Positions 17,193 through 27,500 of a DNA stretch of 64,000 nt are shown here, in pieces. Source of the stretch: Oscillospiraceae bacterium (lineage in GTDB: Bacteria > Bacillota > Clostridia > Oscillospirales > CAG-382); assembly GCA_015063785.1 (NCBI GenBank), contig SVTM01000008.1:12406-76405 (forward strand), in the 5' to 3' direction. Both the position numbers and the translations under genes were made by a program. The notes under the pieces were generated by a model. It did not search any database. It worked only from the letters and a program-made list of their open reading frames with translations, and had not been told where the DNA came from. Position 1 is the stretch's first letter; every line of letters starts with the position of its first letter.

Positions 17193-18154
17193 CCTCCTTT
17201 TTTCCCAAAGCCTTCAACGGCGTTTATCAAAAGATAGCACAGAACACCCGAAACGGCGATTATCACAAGATCGCAGAGCGAAAAGGGAAACTTTCCCATA
17301 CTGTCAAAGAAAAATCCGCGGCCGTACCGATAAAGCTTTCCCGAAAGAAGTATCAATTCGCCCACGTACATCACGATAACTGTGATGACAGATGTCACGC
17401 AGGGCAAAATCAGCGAAAAGAGCTTGCGTTTTCCGACGGCAAACGAGGCGTGGAAAATACCTGCGGTAAGTCCGAAAACGACAAAGAACACTGACATCAG
17501 AATTGCAGACAAGGGAGACACCACAATCTCGCCGGTGCGCCAAAACGCCGTGAAGCAGGCAAGAATGCAAAGGGCAAGAAACAAAAACGTCGAAACCGAC
17601 TGGAGCACCAGAGTTTTTGTGCGGCGCTTGCCTTTTCCTGCGGCAAGATCCGAAAAACCGTAGATGCAATTTAGTATTGCCACCACAAGAAGCACCGAAA
17701 TTATGTAAAAATGAAGCTTGAAGGCAGGCGAATAGTCGCCGATAAGCATTTGTTCTGCGCTATACACCTTTGTGGTATAGCTGGACGGTGCGACCATGCA
17801 CATATACATCTGCCAGCTTTCAAGTGAGGTTTCCACCGTTTCGGTCACTATCACAAGCTTTTCGAGCAAAAGCTCTGTGGCAAAAAACACGCCGACCGAC
17901 ACAGCCGAAGAAAGAGCAAAAGCCGCTTTTTTAAGATATTTTTGCGATAACGGCATGATAAGGGTGCCAAAGATCACCGCAAGGCTTATGGGGGTGTAGG
18001 GGATGATATATTTCGGATAGTTTTCGGCAAGGACCGTGCCGTCGCATATCATATCCGAAAGGACGCACACACCCATGTACAAAGGATAAAAGGATGCCGC
18101 AAGAATTATTGCCAAAGCGATAAGATAAGAAAGTGTATGTTTTTTGTTTTTCAT
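17180..18154 (-). CDS. polytopic membrane protein, function unknown
   Basis: 324 aa with ~8 predicted TM helices. It lies 13 nt downstream of the BlaR1-like gene on the same strand. Confidence 0.6.
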   Translation of the reverse strand: MKNKKHTLSYLIALAIILAASFYPLYMGVCVLSDMICDGTVLAENYPKYIIPYTPISLAVIFGTLIMPLSQKYLKKAAFALSSAVSVGVFFATELLLEKLVIVTETVETSLESWQMYMCMVAPSSYTTKVYSAEQMLIGDYSPAFKLHFYIISVLLVVAILNCIYGFSDLAAGKGKRRTKTLVLQSVSTFLFLALCILACFTAFWRTGEIVVSPLSAILMSVFFVVFGLTAGIFHASFAVGKRKLFSLILPCVTSVITVIVMYVGELILLSGKLYRYGRGFFFDSMGKFPFSLCDLVIIAVSGVLCYLLINAVEGFGKKGGKKE

Positions 18155-18167
18155 GTTTTTTCTCCTT

Positions 18168-19091
18168 TCACATAGCGTTTGTTAAAAGAAAATAGAATAT
18201 TGCACACCACAAGATCACAAAACAGATAAGCGAAAAAACCGACATCTTTTTGTACGACAGAATGTTTTCTATCCTTGTTCTCACCTTTGCGCCGCCGAAG
18301 GCGGATGCAAACACCGTGGCGTTTTCTTTGAAATCAAGAAGCGCCGATGCGTAAAGCTTCTTTTCGTCTTTGCCGCAGGATTTCAAAACGCTTTCGTCGC
18401 AGGCAAGCTCGGTATCGGCAAGAAAAAGCTTTAAAAACACCCACGACAAGGGATTGAACCAATGCACAAACACAGCAAGAAATGCGAGGATGCGAAAAAA
18501 ATTGTCCCCCCGTCTGATATGCGCTTTTTCGTGCATAAGGACATATTTTGTATCCATATTTTTTGCGCAGATCGGAAGAATGATCTTTGGTTTTAAAATA
18601 CCGTAAACGGCAGGCACGTCTACCTTTTTTGAAAAATAAATATTGTCCCGAAAGTGCTCGCTTGCCGAAAGCTCGTGCAGGGTGGTAAAATATATGGCAA
18701 AAAACGCGATAACAAGTGCCACCACCCCACAAAGCCAGATGAGCGAAGCTGTGTCAAAAAGCTTTTCGAGTACGTTCGACTTGTACTCGATGGGAAAATA
18801 GCTTTTTGCCGACTGAAGAAAATTCATGTACGAAATAACAGGTACGTCGCGCAGCTCGTAAACCACCACCGTTTTGGTGGCAAACTTTGAAAAAAGCGAC
18901 ATCAGACTGTATTTACCCGAAATTCCAAAAGGCACTGCCGCTCTTAAAAACGGAATGATCCACAAAAAGTGCACCAACCTTTTGGGAAGCTTTTTTATTC
19001 TTCGCAGAACAAGAACAAATGCTCCTGCGATACTTGCGGCGATGCTCATGTTAAAGACCCAATAAAAAATGTTGCCAAGCATGGCGGTCAC
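18168..19091 (-). CDS. BlaR1/MecR1-type M56 peptidase, short form without penicillin-binding sensor domain
   Basis: N-terminal TM helices and the HExxH zinc motif in LMHEKAHIRRGDNF, characteristic of M56 signal-transducing peptidases. Only 307 aa. 4-nt overlap with the BlaI-like gene. Confidence 0.8.
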   Translation of the reverse strand: MTAMLGNIFYWVFNMSIAASIAGAFVLVLRRIKKLPKRLVHFLWIIPFLRAAVPFGISGKYSLMSLFSKFATKTVVVYELRDVPVISYMNFLQSAKSYFPIEYKSNVLEKLFDTASLIWLCGVVALVIAFFAIYFTTLHELSASEHFRDNIYFSKKVDVPAVYGILKPKIILPICAKNMDTKYVLMHEKAHIRRGDNFFRILAFLAVFVHWFNPLSWVFLKLFLADTELACDESVLKSCGKDEKKLYASALLDFKENATVFASAFGGAKVRTRIENILSYKKMSVFSLICFVILWCAIFYFLLTNAM

Positions 19092-19444
19092 CTTTTGTCT
19101 ATCATGCGGCGAAGCTCTTCGATGTCGTCACCCGTCAGCTCCTCGTCGTCAAGAAGGGCGGAAAAGAGAGCTTTTTTCGAGCCGCCAAAGAGCCTTTCCA
19201 CAAGACCTTTGGTTTCGTTTTTTCTGACGGCATCCCGCGTGACAAGAGAGGTACAGACAAAGCCGGGGTCCTCCCTTTTGATATACCCTTTTTCTTCAAG
19301 CTTTTTGATGACGGTGTAGGTGGTGTTTTTGTTCCAGCCGATCTTGTCTGCTGCAACCACACTTATATCCTTTGCCGACACGGGTTCGCTGTCCCATATT
19401 ATCTCCATCACTTTTATCTCGCTGTCAAAAATTTTTTCTTTCAT
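19088..19444 (-). CDS. BlaI/MecI/CopY family transcriptional repressor
   Basis: 118 aa winged-helix protein (EIKVMEIIWDSEPVSAKDI...WNKNTTYTVIKKLEEKGYI), typical of BlaI/MecI. GGAGG RBS. Confidence 0.85.
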   Translation of the reverse strand: MKEKIFDSEIKVMEIIWDSEPVSAKDISVVAADKIGWNKNTTYTVIKKLEEKGYIKREDPGFVCTSLVTRDAVRKNETKGLVERLFGGSKKALFSALLDDEELTGDDIEELRRMIDKR

Positions 19445-19459
19445 TTTGATCCTCCTTTG

Positions 19460-19510
19460 GACTATTTTGATAGTCTGGACTACTTCTGTAGTCTATACTA
19501 TCACAATAGT
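19460..19510 (-). promoter_or_regulatory. three phased operator-like palindromes upstream of the BlaI-like gene
   Basis: GACTAT-tttg-ATAGTC (19460..19475), GACTAC-ttct-GTAGTC (19478..19493) and ACTAT-caca-ATAGT (19497..19510). Centre-to-centre spacing is exactly 18 bp. Confidence 0.65.
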
Positions 19511-19523
19511 CTGCGTTTGTCAA
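19495..19523 (-). promoter_or_regulatory. putative sigma-A promoter of the blaI-like operon
   Basis: Minus strand: TTGACA (19523..19518), 17 nt, TAGTAT (19500..19495). It is overlapped by the palindromes. Confidence 0.5.
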
Positions 19524-19531
19524 GTATTTTT

Positions 19532-19573
19532 TGCAAAAAAATACCCGAAAAAGAAATTTTCTTTCTCGGGTAT
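19532..19573 (-). terminator. terminator of the 2-hydroxyacid dehydrogenase gene
   Basis: Minus strand: ATACCCGAGAAAGA-aaat-TTCTTTTTCGGGTAT (one mismatch), then T8. Confidence 0.7.
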
Positions 19574-19580
19574 CAGTTTT

Positions 19581-20531
19581 TTATTTATCAACTCTGTTTC
19601 TTTTGCCGCCGGCGTAAAAATCCCTGATATTAAGAATTATCTCATCAAGGCATCTGACACGGGCCTCGTACGCACCCCACGCCATGTGCGGAGTGAGCAG
19701 CAGACAGGGGTGGTCTATCACATCATAAAACGGATGGTCGCTCTGCATCGGCTCGACAGAATAAACGTCCGAGCCGAAAGCTCCGATTCTTCCTTCTTTC
19801 AGAGCCTTTGCCACCGCCGCCTCGTCTGTCACGGCGCCGCGGGCGGCGTTGACAAGAATAACGTCCGGTTTCATCATTGACAATCTTTCTTCGTTGATAA
19901 GATGGCGGGTGTTTTCGTTAAGGGGGGTGTGGACGGTGATGATATCGGAAATTCTGCACAGGGTGTCTATGTCCACACATTCGACTCCGTCAATCGGTTC
20001 GCGCTTGCACACCACAAGGCGACAACCGAGAGCTTTTGCAACAGCTCCCACCTCTTTTCCGATGTTGCCATAGCCGACAACTCCCCAGGTTTTGCCAAAA
20101 AGCTCGTGATATACAGGAGTGAGGCGGTTTTGTATTCCGCTTTTTGTATATTCGCCGCTCTTGACAAAACGATCGTATTCCACAAGGTTGGTCGAAAGGG
20201 CAAGGACAGTGGATGCCGTGACCTGCGCCACGCTGTGGGACGAATAGCCCACCACATTGCAAACGGCAATGCCGTTTTGCGCACAGTATGCCACATCAAC
20301 ATTGTCATATCCTGTGGCGGCAATGCAGATGAGCCGCAGCTTTTTTGCACCGCAAAGATTTGTGCCCGAAAGCTTAACCTTGTTGATAACCGTCACTTCG
20401 GCATCTACCAGCCGCTCTGCCACCTTTTCGGGAGGAGTAGAGGAATATATATCACATTCGCCGACTTCTTCAAGGGGGGAAAGCGAAAGATCGTCTCCCA
20501 ACGTTGCGGCGTCAAGAACTGCAATTTTCAT
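19581..20531 (-). CDS. D-isomer-specific 2-hydroxyacid dehydrogenase (glycerate/hydroxypyruvate reductase-like)
   Basis: MKIAVLD opening, NAD-binding GYGNIGKEVG, and a catalytic-domain layout typical of the D-2-HADH family. Start chosen at ATG 20531. Confidence 0.85.
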   Translation of the reverse strand: MKIAVLDAATLGDDLSLSPLEEVGECDIYSSTPPEKVAERLVDAEVTVINKVKLSGTNLCGAKKLRLICIAATGYDNVDVAYCAQNGIAVCNVVGYSSHSVAQVTASTVLALSTNLVEYDRFVKSGEYTKSGIQNRLTPVYHELFGKTWGVVGYGNIGKEVGAVAKALGCRLVVCKREPIDGVECVDIDTLCRISDIITVHTPLNENTRHLINEERLSMMKPDVILVNAARGAVTDEAAVAKALKEGRIGAFGSDVYSVEPMQSDHPFYDVIDHPCLLLTPHMAWGAYEARVRCLDEIILNIRDFYAGGKRNRVDK

Positions 20532-20665
20532 AAAAAAATACCTGCTTTCAATCGTCATACGAATATATTACACTTAAATTGATTGTTTGTCAATAGACTA
20601 CAGGGACTTGTAATATTCACATTTATATGCTATCATTTATTAAATCTTACTTTGGGAGAATAGAT

Positions 20666-23600
20666 ATGAAAACAAAAAAACAAATATTTAGCAAAGCTCT
20701 ATCGATGCTGATGCTGATATCTTTGATATCGGGAGTGTTTGTTTTTCACGGCGTAAAGGCAATAGCGTCAGACACAATTTATGTAAGCCCCACGGGATCC
20801 GACTCTGCCGTGGGTACAAGAGAAGCTCCCCTTGCCACCCTGGAATGTGCTTTCGAAAAGCTTGACGGCGGAGGAACGGTCGTTATTATGGGTGCGCTTT
20901 CTGCCGACAAAACGGTGATGAACGCCGCAGTTACCCAAAAATGCTCGGCGACAAAGCCGATAATCATAACAGGCCGTGATCCTTATGATGGCACTTTATT
21001 TGAAAACGCCACCCTGCCCTACAATTCGCCCCGACTTTACGGCGAAATGAAATTTGAGCATCTCGTCCTTGCCCCCACAAGGAACTACGCCTTTTTCAAC
21101 ACATACGGCAACCGTATAATCTTTGGTGATGGGCTGAAGAATGCGAATTTTGACGTTTATGTTCACGGCGGAAGCTTTGGAAACACAACGGCAAAAAGCT
21201 CGTATATCGAGCTTTGTTCGGGCAGGCTTACGACTGTGTACATGGGCGGCGCCTTTGCCACAAATACATCAAACGGCGTATACGGCGATACAAAATTTGT
21301 CATAAACGGCGGAAATGCCACAAACCTTTGTATCGGTTTTGACACAAGTTCGAGCAATCACACACAAGGAACGATAAACGGAAACGTTATCATCCGTCAC
21401 AACGGCGGACTTATCAACAAGATATATTCGAAAAATCTTGTTGATAACAAGGTGTGCGGATATATCGCCATTATTTCAAAGGGCGGACTTTCTGCCGACA
21501 TCACATCAATCCCAAATGCGCAGGACGGCACGTATATCGTAACCGTCTCGGGCAAAGGCGAAGTGAACGAAACAGAAACTGCAGGAGTTTTTGAAATAAT
21601 TCCAGAAAGCGGATATATGGCGTATGTTAACGGGAAACTCGTTACAGACACGCAAGCTACATTCGAAAAGGGCGAAAGTACTGTTAAATTTTTGAAAGAC
21701 ACGGTACCGGTATATTATGAAGGTGTGCTTGTGGATGCAAAGGAAGACGGGTTTGCACCAAACGTGCTTGCCACAAGGCTTGATATTGCAAATGCCGCGG
21801 CAAGATGCCTTGAAAACAAAAAAGTTTCATACGATTACGCCACCCTGTGCTCTATTCTCGCCTCAAACAGTGCGCTTCCCCACGGCTGGGAGAACGGAAA
21901 CGGACAAGAACCGATCACAAAGGCCGAAAGCGTTTTCATTCTGATAAATCTTTTTGATGCCCACACCGACAGCACAAAGCTTTTTGACTTTGCCGACGTG
22001 ACGGACGATCACATATACGCCGATGCAATAAGAATTGCTGCAGGCAAAGGCAAGCTTTGCGGCTCGTCGGGCGATGTGTTTTTCCCCGACAAGCAGATAT
22101 CGAGATACGAGCTTTGCGAAATGCTTGCATTTTACCTTGACCGTGCGGCAAAAGATGATGCGGTTTGTCCTTTTTCTGACGTTCTGCAGGAAATGAGATC
22201 CGCCGTATGTGCCGCGGCAAGCGACAGAATACAAGGTCTTTGGGACTTTGAAGAAAGAAGGTACATCCTGCCCGACTCGGCCGAAACCCGAGATTATATA
22301 GAATCACTTCATTCGCAGTCGGCACATCTTTCGCCGGACGGCATCAAAGAAGCCTCCGACATCATTGCCGAAAAGATGCGTGAAAACATTCTGTTGACCC
22401 CCAACACAAGGGAGATTTACGATTTTGACGCACTCGGAATAAAAACCATATACTATGTTTCCGAAAAAAACGGCAACGATTCAAACAACGGATTGTCGCA
22501 AAACTCCCCCTTCAAAACTCCTGCCGCCCTTGTGGGCAAGGTGCAGGGAAACAGAAACGTCGCAGTTCTTTTTGAACGCGGTGGAATATACCGCGTCGGA
22601 ACAACCGGGGCTCTGAACCTTTCGGGATCGAAAAACATTCTGCTCGGAAGCTACGGTACAGGTCAAAAGCCGCTTGTCGTCCAGTCGCGATGGAACTATG
22701 CAAAAGACAACTGGACCCAAGTAAACCCCAATGTTTACAGGCTGGAAACTCCACTGCGCAACGTGGGCGTTATGGCGTTTGACCACGAAGTCACAGATTA
22801 TTCCGACGGCACCTACGACGAGCTTTTCGGCGAGATAGAAAACATAGGAACACAAGGTTTTAACGGCATACATGATCTTAAGAAAGATCTGCAATTCTAT
22901 TGCGAGCTTCAGCCGACATATACCGAAACCACCACCGAAGAAACTGTGAACGGGCAAAAAATCGTGACAAAAGTCACCACCGAAAGCTACGACAGATTTT
23001 CGGAAGGGTATCTGTATTTATATTCGGAACACGGCAACCCCTCAGAACGCTTTTCGTCAATCGAGATCGGCGAAAACTACGATCTTGTGGACGGCGGAGC
23101 ACACGGATGTATTATTGACAATATCTCGTTCAAATACACAGGTTCCCACGGAATAGGCCTTGGCGTGGGCGAAGATCTCACCGTTTCAAACTGCATCTTC
23201 TCGTGGCTTGGCGGCTCGGTGCTGTGGGAGACAGAAAAGGTGACCACCACCGTCACAAACGAAACGACAGGCGAAAGCCAAACTACCGAGACTTTCGAAG
23301 AGGCCACCTGCTATGGCAACGCTGTTGAAGTTTACGGTCCGTGCGACGGATATTATGTCAAAAACAACTGGATCTATCAGATATTTGACGACGGCATAAC
23401 AAATCAGTTCCACGGAGAAACAGACTGTATACAAAAAGATATCGTGTACACCGAGAATCTTCTTGAATATGTGTATCATATGTTCTCGAACAGCAAGTCC
23501 AACAAGGAGTATTACGAAAGTACCGATTTTCCCACCGAGGGCAACGGCGCCCCATCATCATACACGGCAAATCTTGAGCTTTCGTACAATGTCTGCCGTA

Positions 23601-24472
23601 TGGCAGGTTACGGCTGGGGCGGTCCGATGAAAAACCGTGTGCACACGGGCATGATGTACCGCACATACGTTGCCGACTACAACAAGGACGAAAATGTACT
23701 CTACAACATTTTCGATTCCAACGGCGGATACACCGTTTTTTCGGCATCCAACGCCCATGACAGTTATGACGGCAACATATATATTCAAAGTGCAGGGACA
23801 AAACTTCGCTCTAAATTGAAAACAGGCATCACCACATACGATGACAAAGCCCACCGCAACATAAAAACGCTTTTGGGCGATGAAAATGCTATTGTCGTTC
23901 TTGACGATCCCAACGAGATATCCGATTGCCGCAAGATAAAAGACAAGCTTACCTTTGTCGGCGCACAGATAAGGGCAGACAGTACCCACGCTCTGCGTTT
24001 TCTGTTTTCGATAAGCAGAGATTCTTTCGATAAAATGTCTCCCGATGAGCTTCCGAAAAGCTCGGCAGACACAGGCGCAGGCTTTGGCGCCGTGATCATC
24101 CCCGAAAGCTTCTTTGACGGGACAAAGCTTTACAAAAACACAATGTCGATATATAACGGCACACCCATAAGAGCAGGCGTTGTCCCTGCCGTAAGGATAT
24201 ATGCACAAAGCGAGGAGGAAATAATCTTCACCCTGTGCGTAACAGATATCCTGCCGCAAAATTACACGAGGAAATTCATCGCCGTGCCCTATCTTTCATA
24301 CGAAGACGAAGGGGCGCTGAAGACGGTATACGGCGAGCAGACGTCGGGCATTTCAATGTACGACATTGCACAGTTTGCCTGGCGCGATCCTGCAAACTCA
24401 CAAAGCATCCGCGATTCGATATACGACAGTATTCTTTCTGTGGTAGATCCACAAAAATATCCGCCAAGATAA
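20666..24472 (+). CDS. giant secreted protein A1: B-type repeat unit + SLH-like repeats + parallel beta-helix + shared C-terminal module
   Basis: GGGAG RBS and signal peptide (MKTKKQIFSKALSMLMLISLISGVFVFHGVKAIA). SLH-like segments (FADVTDDHIYADAIRIAAGKG..., FSDVLQEM...). Beta-helix region homologous to A2 (YYVSEKNGNDSNNG..., NNWIYQIFDDGITNQ). Confidence 0.8.
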   Translation: MKTKKQIFSKALSMLMLISLISGVFVFHGVKAIASDTIYVSPTGSDSAVGTREAPLATLECAFEKLDGGGTVVIMGALSADKTVMNAAVTQKCSATKPIIITGRDPYDGTLFENATLPYNSPRLYGEMKFEHLVLAPTRNYAFFNTYGNRIIFGDGLKNANFDVYVHGGSFGNTTAKSSYIELCSGRLTTVYMGGAFATNTSNGVYGDTKFVINGGNATNLCIGFDTSSSNHTQGTINGNVIIRHNGGLINKIYSKNLVDNKVCGYIAIISKGGLSADITSIPNAQDGTYIVTVSGKGEVNETETAGVFEIIPESGYMAYVNGKLVTDTQATFEKGESTVKFLKDTVPVYYEGVLVDAKEDGFAPNVLATRLDIANAAARCLENKKVSYDYATLCSILASNSALPHGWENGNGQEPITKAESVFILINLFDAHTDSTKLFDFADVTDDHIYADAIRIAAGKGKLCGSSGDVFFPDKQISRYELCEMLAFYLDRAAKDDAVCPFSDVLQEMRSAVCAAASDRIQGLWDFEERRYILPDSAETRDYIESLHSQSAHLSPDGIKEASDIIAEKMRENILLTPNTREIYDFDALGIKTIYYVSEKNGNDSNNGLSQNSPFKTPAALVGKVQGNRNVAVLFERGGIYRVGTTGALNLSGSKNILLGSYGTGQKPLVVQSRWNYAKDNWTQVNPNVYRLETPLRNVGVMAFDHEVTDYSDGTYDELFGEIENIGTQGFNGIHDLKKDLQFYCELQPTYTETTTEETVNGQKIVTKVTTESYDRFSEGYLYLYSEHGNPSERFSSIEIGENYDLVDGGAHGCIIDNISFKYTGSHGIGLGVGEDLTVSNCIFSWLGGSVLWETEKVTTTVTNETTGESQTTETFEEATCYGNAVEVYGPCDGYYVKNNWIYQIFDDGITNQFHGETDCIQKDIVYTENLLEYVYHMFSNSKSNKEYYESTDFPTEGNGAPSSYTANLELSYNVCRMAGYGWGGPMKNRVHTGMMYRTYVADYNKDENVLYNIFDSNGGYTVFSASNAHDSYDGNIYIQSAGTKLRSKLKTGITTYDDKAHRNIKTLLGDENAIVVLDDPNEISDCRKIKDKLTFVGAQIRADSTHALRFLFSISRDSFDKMSPDELPKSSADTGAGFGAVIIPESFFDGTKLYKNTMSIYNGTPIRAGVVPAVRIYAQSEEEIIFTLCVTDILPQNYTRKFIAVPYLSYEDEGALKTVYGEQTSGISMYDIAQFAWRDPANSQSIRDSIYDSILSVVDPQKYPPR
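23948..24361 (+). other. shared ~130-140 aa module (copy in A1, C-terminal)
   Basis: LTFVGAQIRADSTHALRFLFSI...GFGAVIIPESF...RIYAQSEEEIIFTLCVTDILPQNYTRKFIAVPYLSYEDEG aligns block by block with the copies in B1 and B2. Confidence 0.6.
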
Positions 24473-24473
24473 A

Positions 24474-24520
24474 ATTCACCCCGAAAACACGTTTTGATGT
24501 TTTCGGGGTGAATATTTTTT
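24474..24520. terminator. bidirectional terminator between convergent A1 and B1
   Basis: 16-bp stem ATTCACCCCGAAAACA / TGTTTTCGGGGTGAAT with an 8-nt loop. T-run on the plus side and A-run on the other. Confidence 0.85.
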
Positions 24521-24525
24521 GCCTT

Positions 24526-27500
24526 TTAATGAACTATGATCTTTGTGACGTTGCCCTTTGAATATGCAGAGGATGTCATGGTGTACTGAGGAATGAAATC
24601 GGTGACGTTGTTAGTTCCCTCCTCGACAGATACGGCAAATTCGGAATAGTAAGGCGAATGGGTGTGACCTGTGAAGAAGCCGTAGATGACATCGCTGTAT
24701 TCCTTGAAGAGCGAGAAGATTGCCTTGTTTGCTTCATTCGAGCTCATGGCGATACCTTCTTTTGTGAAATCGCGCAGACCTGAGCTGTCGCTGCGTCCCG
24801 GAATATAATCTGTCTGATCGACCGCAGTTTCGTTGGGATTATAGGTTCTGATGGGAATGTGGAAGAAAACGAGAACCGCATATCCCTTTTCGCGGGCAAG
24901 GGCAAGGTCTGCCTTAAAGGGCTCTACCTGCGAATCCCAGAAGCGCGATGCCGTGCCGTCGTCCATCTGAACAAGAAGCACTCTGTCGCCCACAAGGCTG
25001 GACGAATACAAAACATCGTGACCTGTCCAGTTTTCCTGAAGTATGGCGTGGCGCGATTCGATGGTTGTGGGATCGGGAGCTTTTTGTCCCTCGGGCTGCT
25101 GGCAGACACGTGTTCCCTCGTGGTTGCCGAGAGCTGCAAGGGCGTAAGGATAAACGTCGAAGATGTGCTTGTTTGCAAGCTCCATGGCGCCACGCGAGAG
25201 GAAATCAAGAGTGTCGCCCGTGATCACCATGGCGTCGCCCATGTAGGCGTATCTGAGAACCTTTTGACCGATGGGAACAGTGTTTTTGAAGCCCTGTCTG
25301 CCGATATAGGTGGACATGATGGAAGGATTTGCTTCTTCAAAGTCCTGTGCGTTGGTGTAATTGAAATGGATATCCGAAGCCTGCATGATCACAAGGGGTT
25401 CTCTGTCGGTCTGTCCCTCCACATAATCATCGGGGTATACGTGCACGTCTCTGACCTGAAGGCCCGTGTCGCCGATCTCGTAGACGTGCTTGAAGCTGTT
25501 GGGATCGTCGGGAGATCCTGCAACCGTCGTGATCTTGCCGCTGTATTCGTTTGCAATTGCAGCTTTTACGGTATCTACAACACTTCTGTAATACAAATCC
25601 TGCTCTGCCGGAATCTTGATCTTTCCGGCATCGGCAAGGCGGATGATGGTTTCTGCAATGTTGACGTGTCTTGTGGCATAATAATCAGAGTAAAGGACGC
25701 GGTCAACGCCGTTATAGTCCTTGAATCTGACATATCCGCGCACTGTGTACATGCGGTCGTAGTATTCTTCTGCCATGTTGGCGATAACTACGGTGTAACG
25801 CACGGCATCGCTTGTCTTTTCGTAAATCTTTACCGCCTCCACCTCGGCAGACGAGAACTTTGCGCCGTTGTAATCGTATACTGTGTCAAGCTCAAGCTGA
25901 TGTTCGGTGAGGTCGGGATAGTCATAAAGCACAGACGAAGGAATGACGGCAGAGCCAAAGCTTTCTACTGTAGGAAGCTTTGTATCTACCGAATCGCTCT
26001 TTCTGATCATAAAGCGCAGACCCACAGAACCTCCGGTTCTGATCTGGGCGCCTTCGATATAAAATTCGGTGTCAAGATCTATTTCGGCATAGTTTGCCAC
26101 AAGGACGTCGCCGTTTTTAAATTCGCCCTTTTCGGGGATGCTTCCGTCCTCGAAAGTCCAGCCGATAAACGTCTTTCCCGCAACCTTTGCGTGGGAAACG
26201 GTTGAGAGATCAAGCGGCATGTCGGCATAGAAATCTATTCTTGTGCCGCTGTTGGTGTAATACACCTTGTCGACAAATTCGATGGTGTATTCGCCGGATT
26301 CGGGAAGATGCAGGGTTCCGTCTGCCGAAACATACTGGTATCCTGCCTTTTCTGTGGCAAGGGCAGTTTTTCCGCCGACAACCTTGAAGATGCCTGCTGT
26401 GGTGTTTGCCGTGAGATAATCGGTGTCGGTAAAGTTTTCGGTGTTTATCTTCCATACGTAGGGAAGCACAAATTCAGTGTAGGCAGAAACCTTTCCGCCG
26501 TTCATAAACAGGTTGATGCCTGTGTTTTCGTTATATGTGGCGCGCACTTCTGCTCCGCCGAGCGTTTTGATAAGTCCGCCTTCGTTGAGATAGATATTGA
26601 CAACTCCGTCATATACCGACGGGAGATTATAATACTGATTGTTTGCCACATTTGACCAGCCATCGGCAGAAACGCTGAACAGCGTAACTTCGGCGTTGAT
26701 CTCGTAATCTCCGCCGGGGAAAGATCTGGGCACGGTGTTATAATAAGTTCCTGCGTAAATCGTTCCGACGTCGGAATTTATAACCACTTTTTCCCTTCCG
26801 CCCTTGGACGAGTTCATTGCACCCGAATGCAGACCAAACTTTGCTTCAAAGCTGCCTTCACGTTCAAAAAGAACGTTTTCGCCGATAACAAGCTTAAAGC
26901 CTACCGTGTCGATATGTTTTGAATTTACGGCGTTTACAAATCTGATATTGCTGAACTCTGTGGGGCCGTTTGTGGTGATGGTGTCGAGCTTGCGGATGAT
27001 GCTGTTATTCGAGCCGTCACCGACAATAGTGACAAGATTTTCATGCTTTGCAAGGTTTCTGATTTCAACGTTGCCCTTGGGGATTTCATAAGTTCCGATG
27101 ATAACAACAAGCTTGTTTGTTTCCTCGCGCGCATCGGCCTTTGTGATGGCGGCGTTAAGAGTAGCAAGAGCTTTGTCGGCAGAAGTTCCGTCGTTTTCGT
27201 CGCTTCCCCCGGCGCTGTCAACATAATAAATAAAGGTGTCGGGGTTGGTGTCGTACTGCGAGGTGAGCGAAACTGTGAGCTGACCTTTTGGGGTCTGATA
27301 AACTCCGCTGTAAAGATCCCCCTCGTATCCCCAGCCCACAAAAGTTTTGCCGGGGATCTTGGGAAGCACGGGAAGTGCCACGGCACTGCCTGCGATATAT
27401 TCGCAATATTTTTCGCCGTCAAGGTACATGGTGCCAACCTGTGGCTCGTCGGCCGAATATGTTACGGCATATCTGCCTGCGGGAACAGAGAGAGTGCCGT

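Noticed and set aside
16731-17494. Plus-strand track ORFs 16731..17237 (168 aa) and 17114..17494 (126 aa) in the blaI-operon region.
   Set aside because: They overlap minus-strand genes that have proper RBS sites, signal peptides or TM helices and operon coupling. Their own translations are low complexity (poly-F/S/K) and they have no RBS.
20595-20602. An AGACTACA half-site resembling the BlaI-type operator arm, upstream of the giant A1 gene.
   Set aside because: It is a single half-site without the inverted partner at N4 spacing. An 8-mer match is expected by chance.
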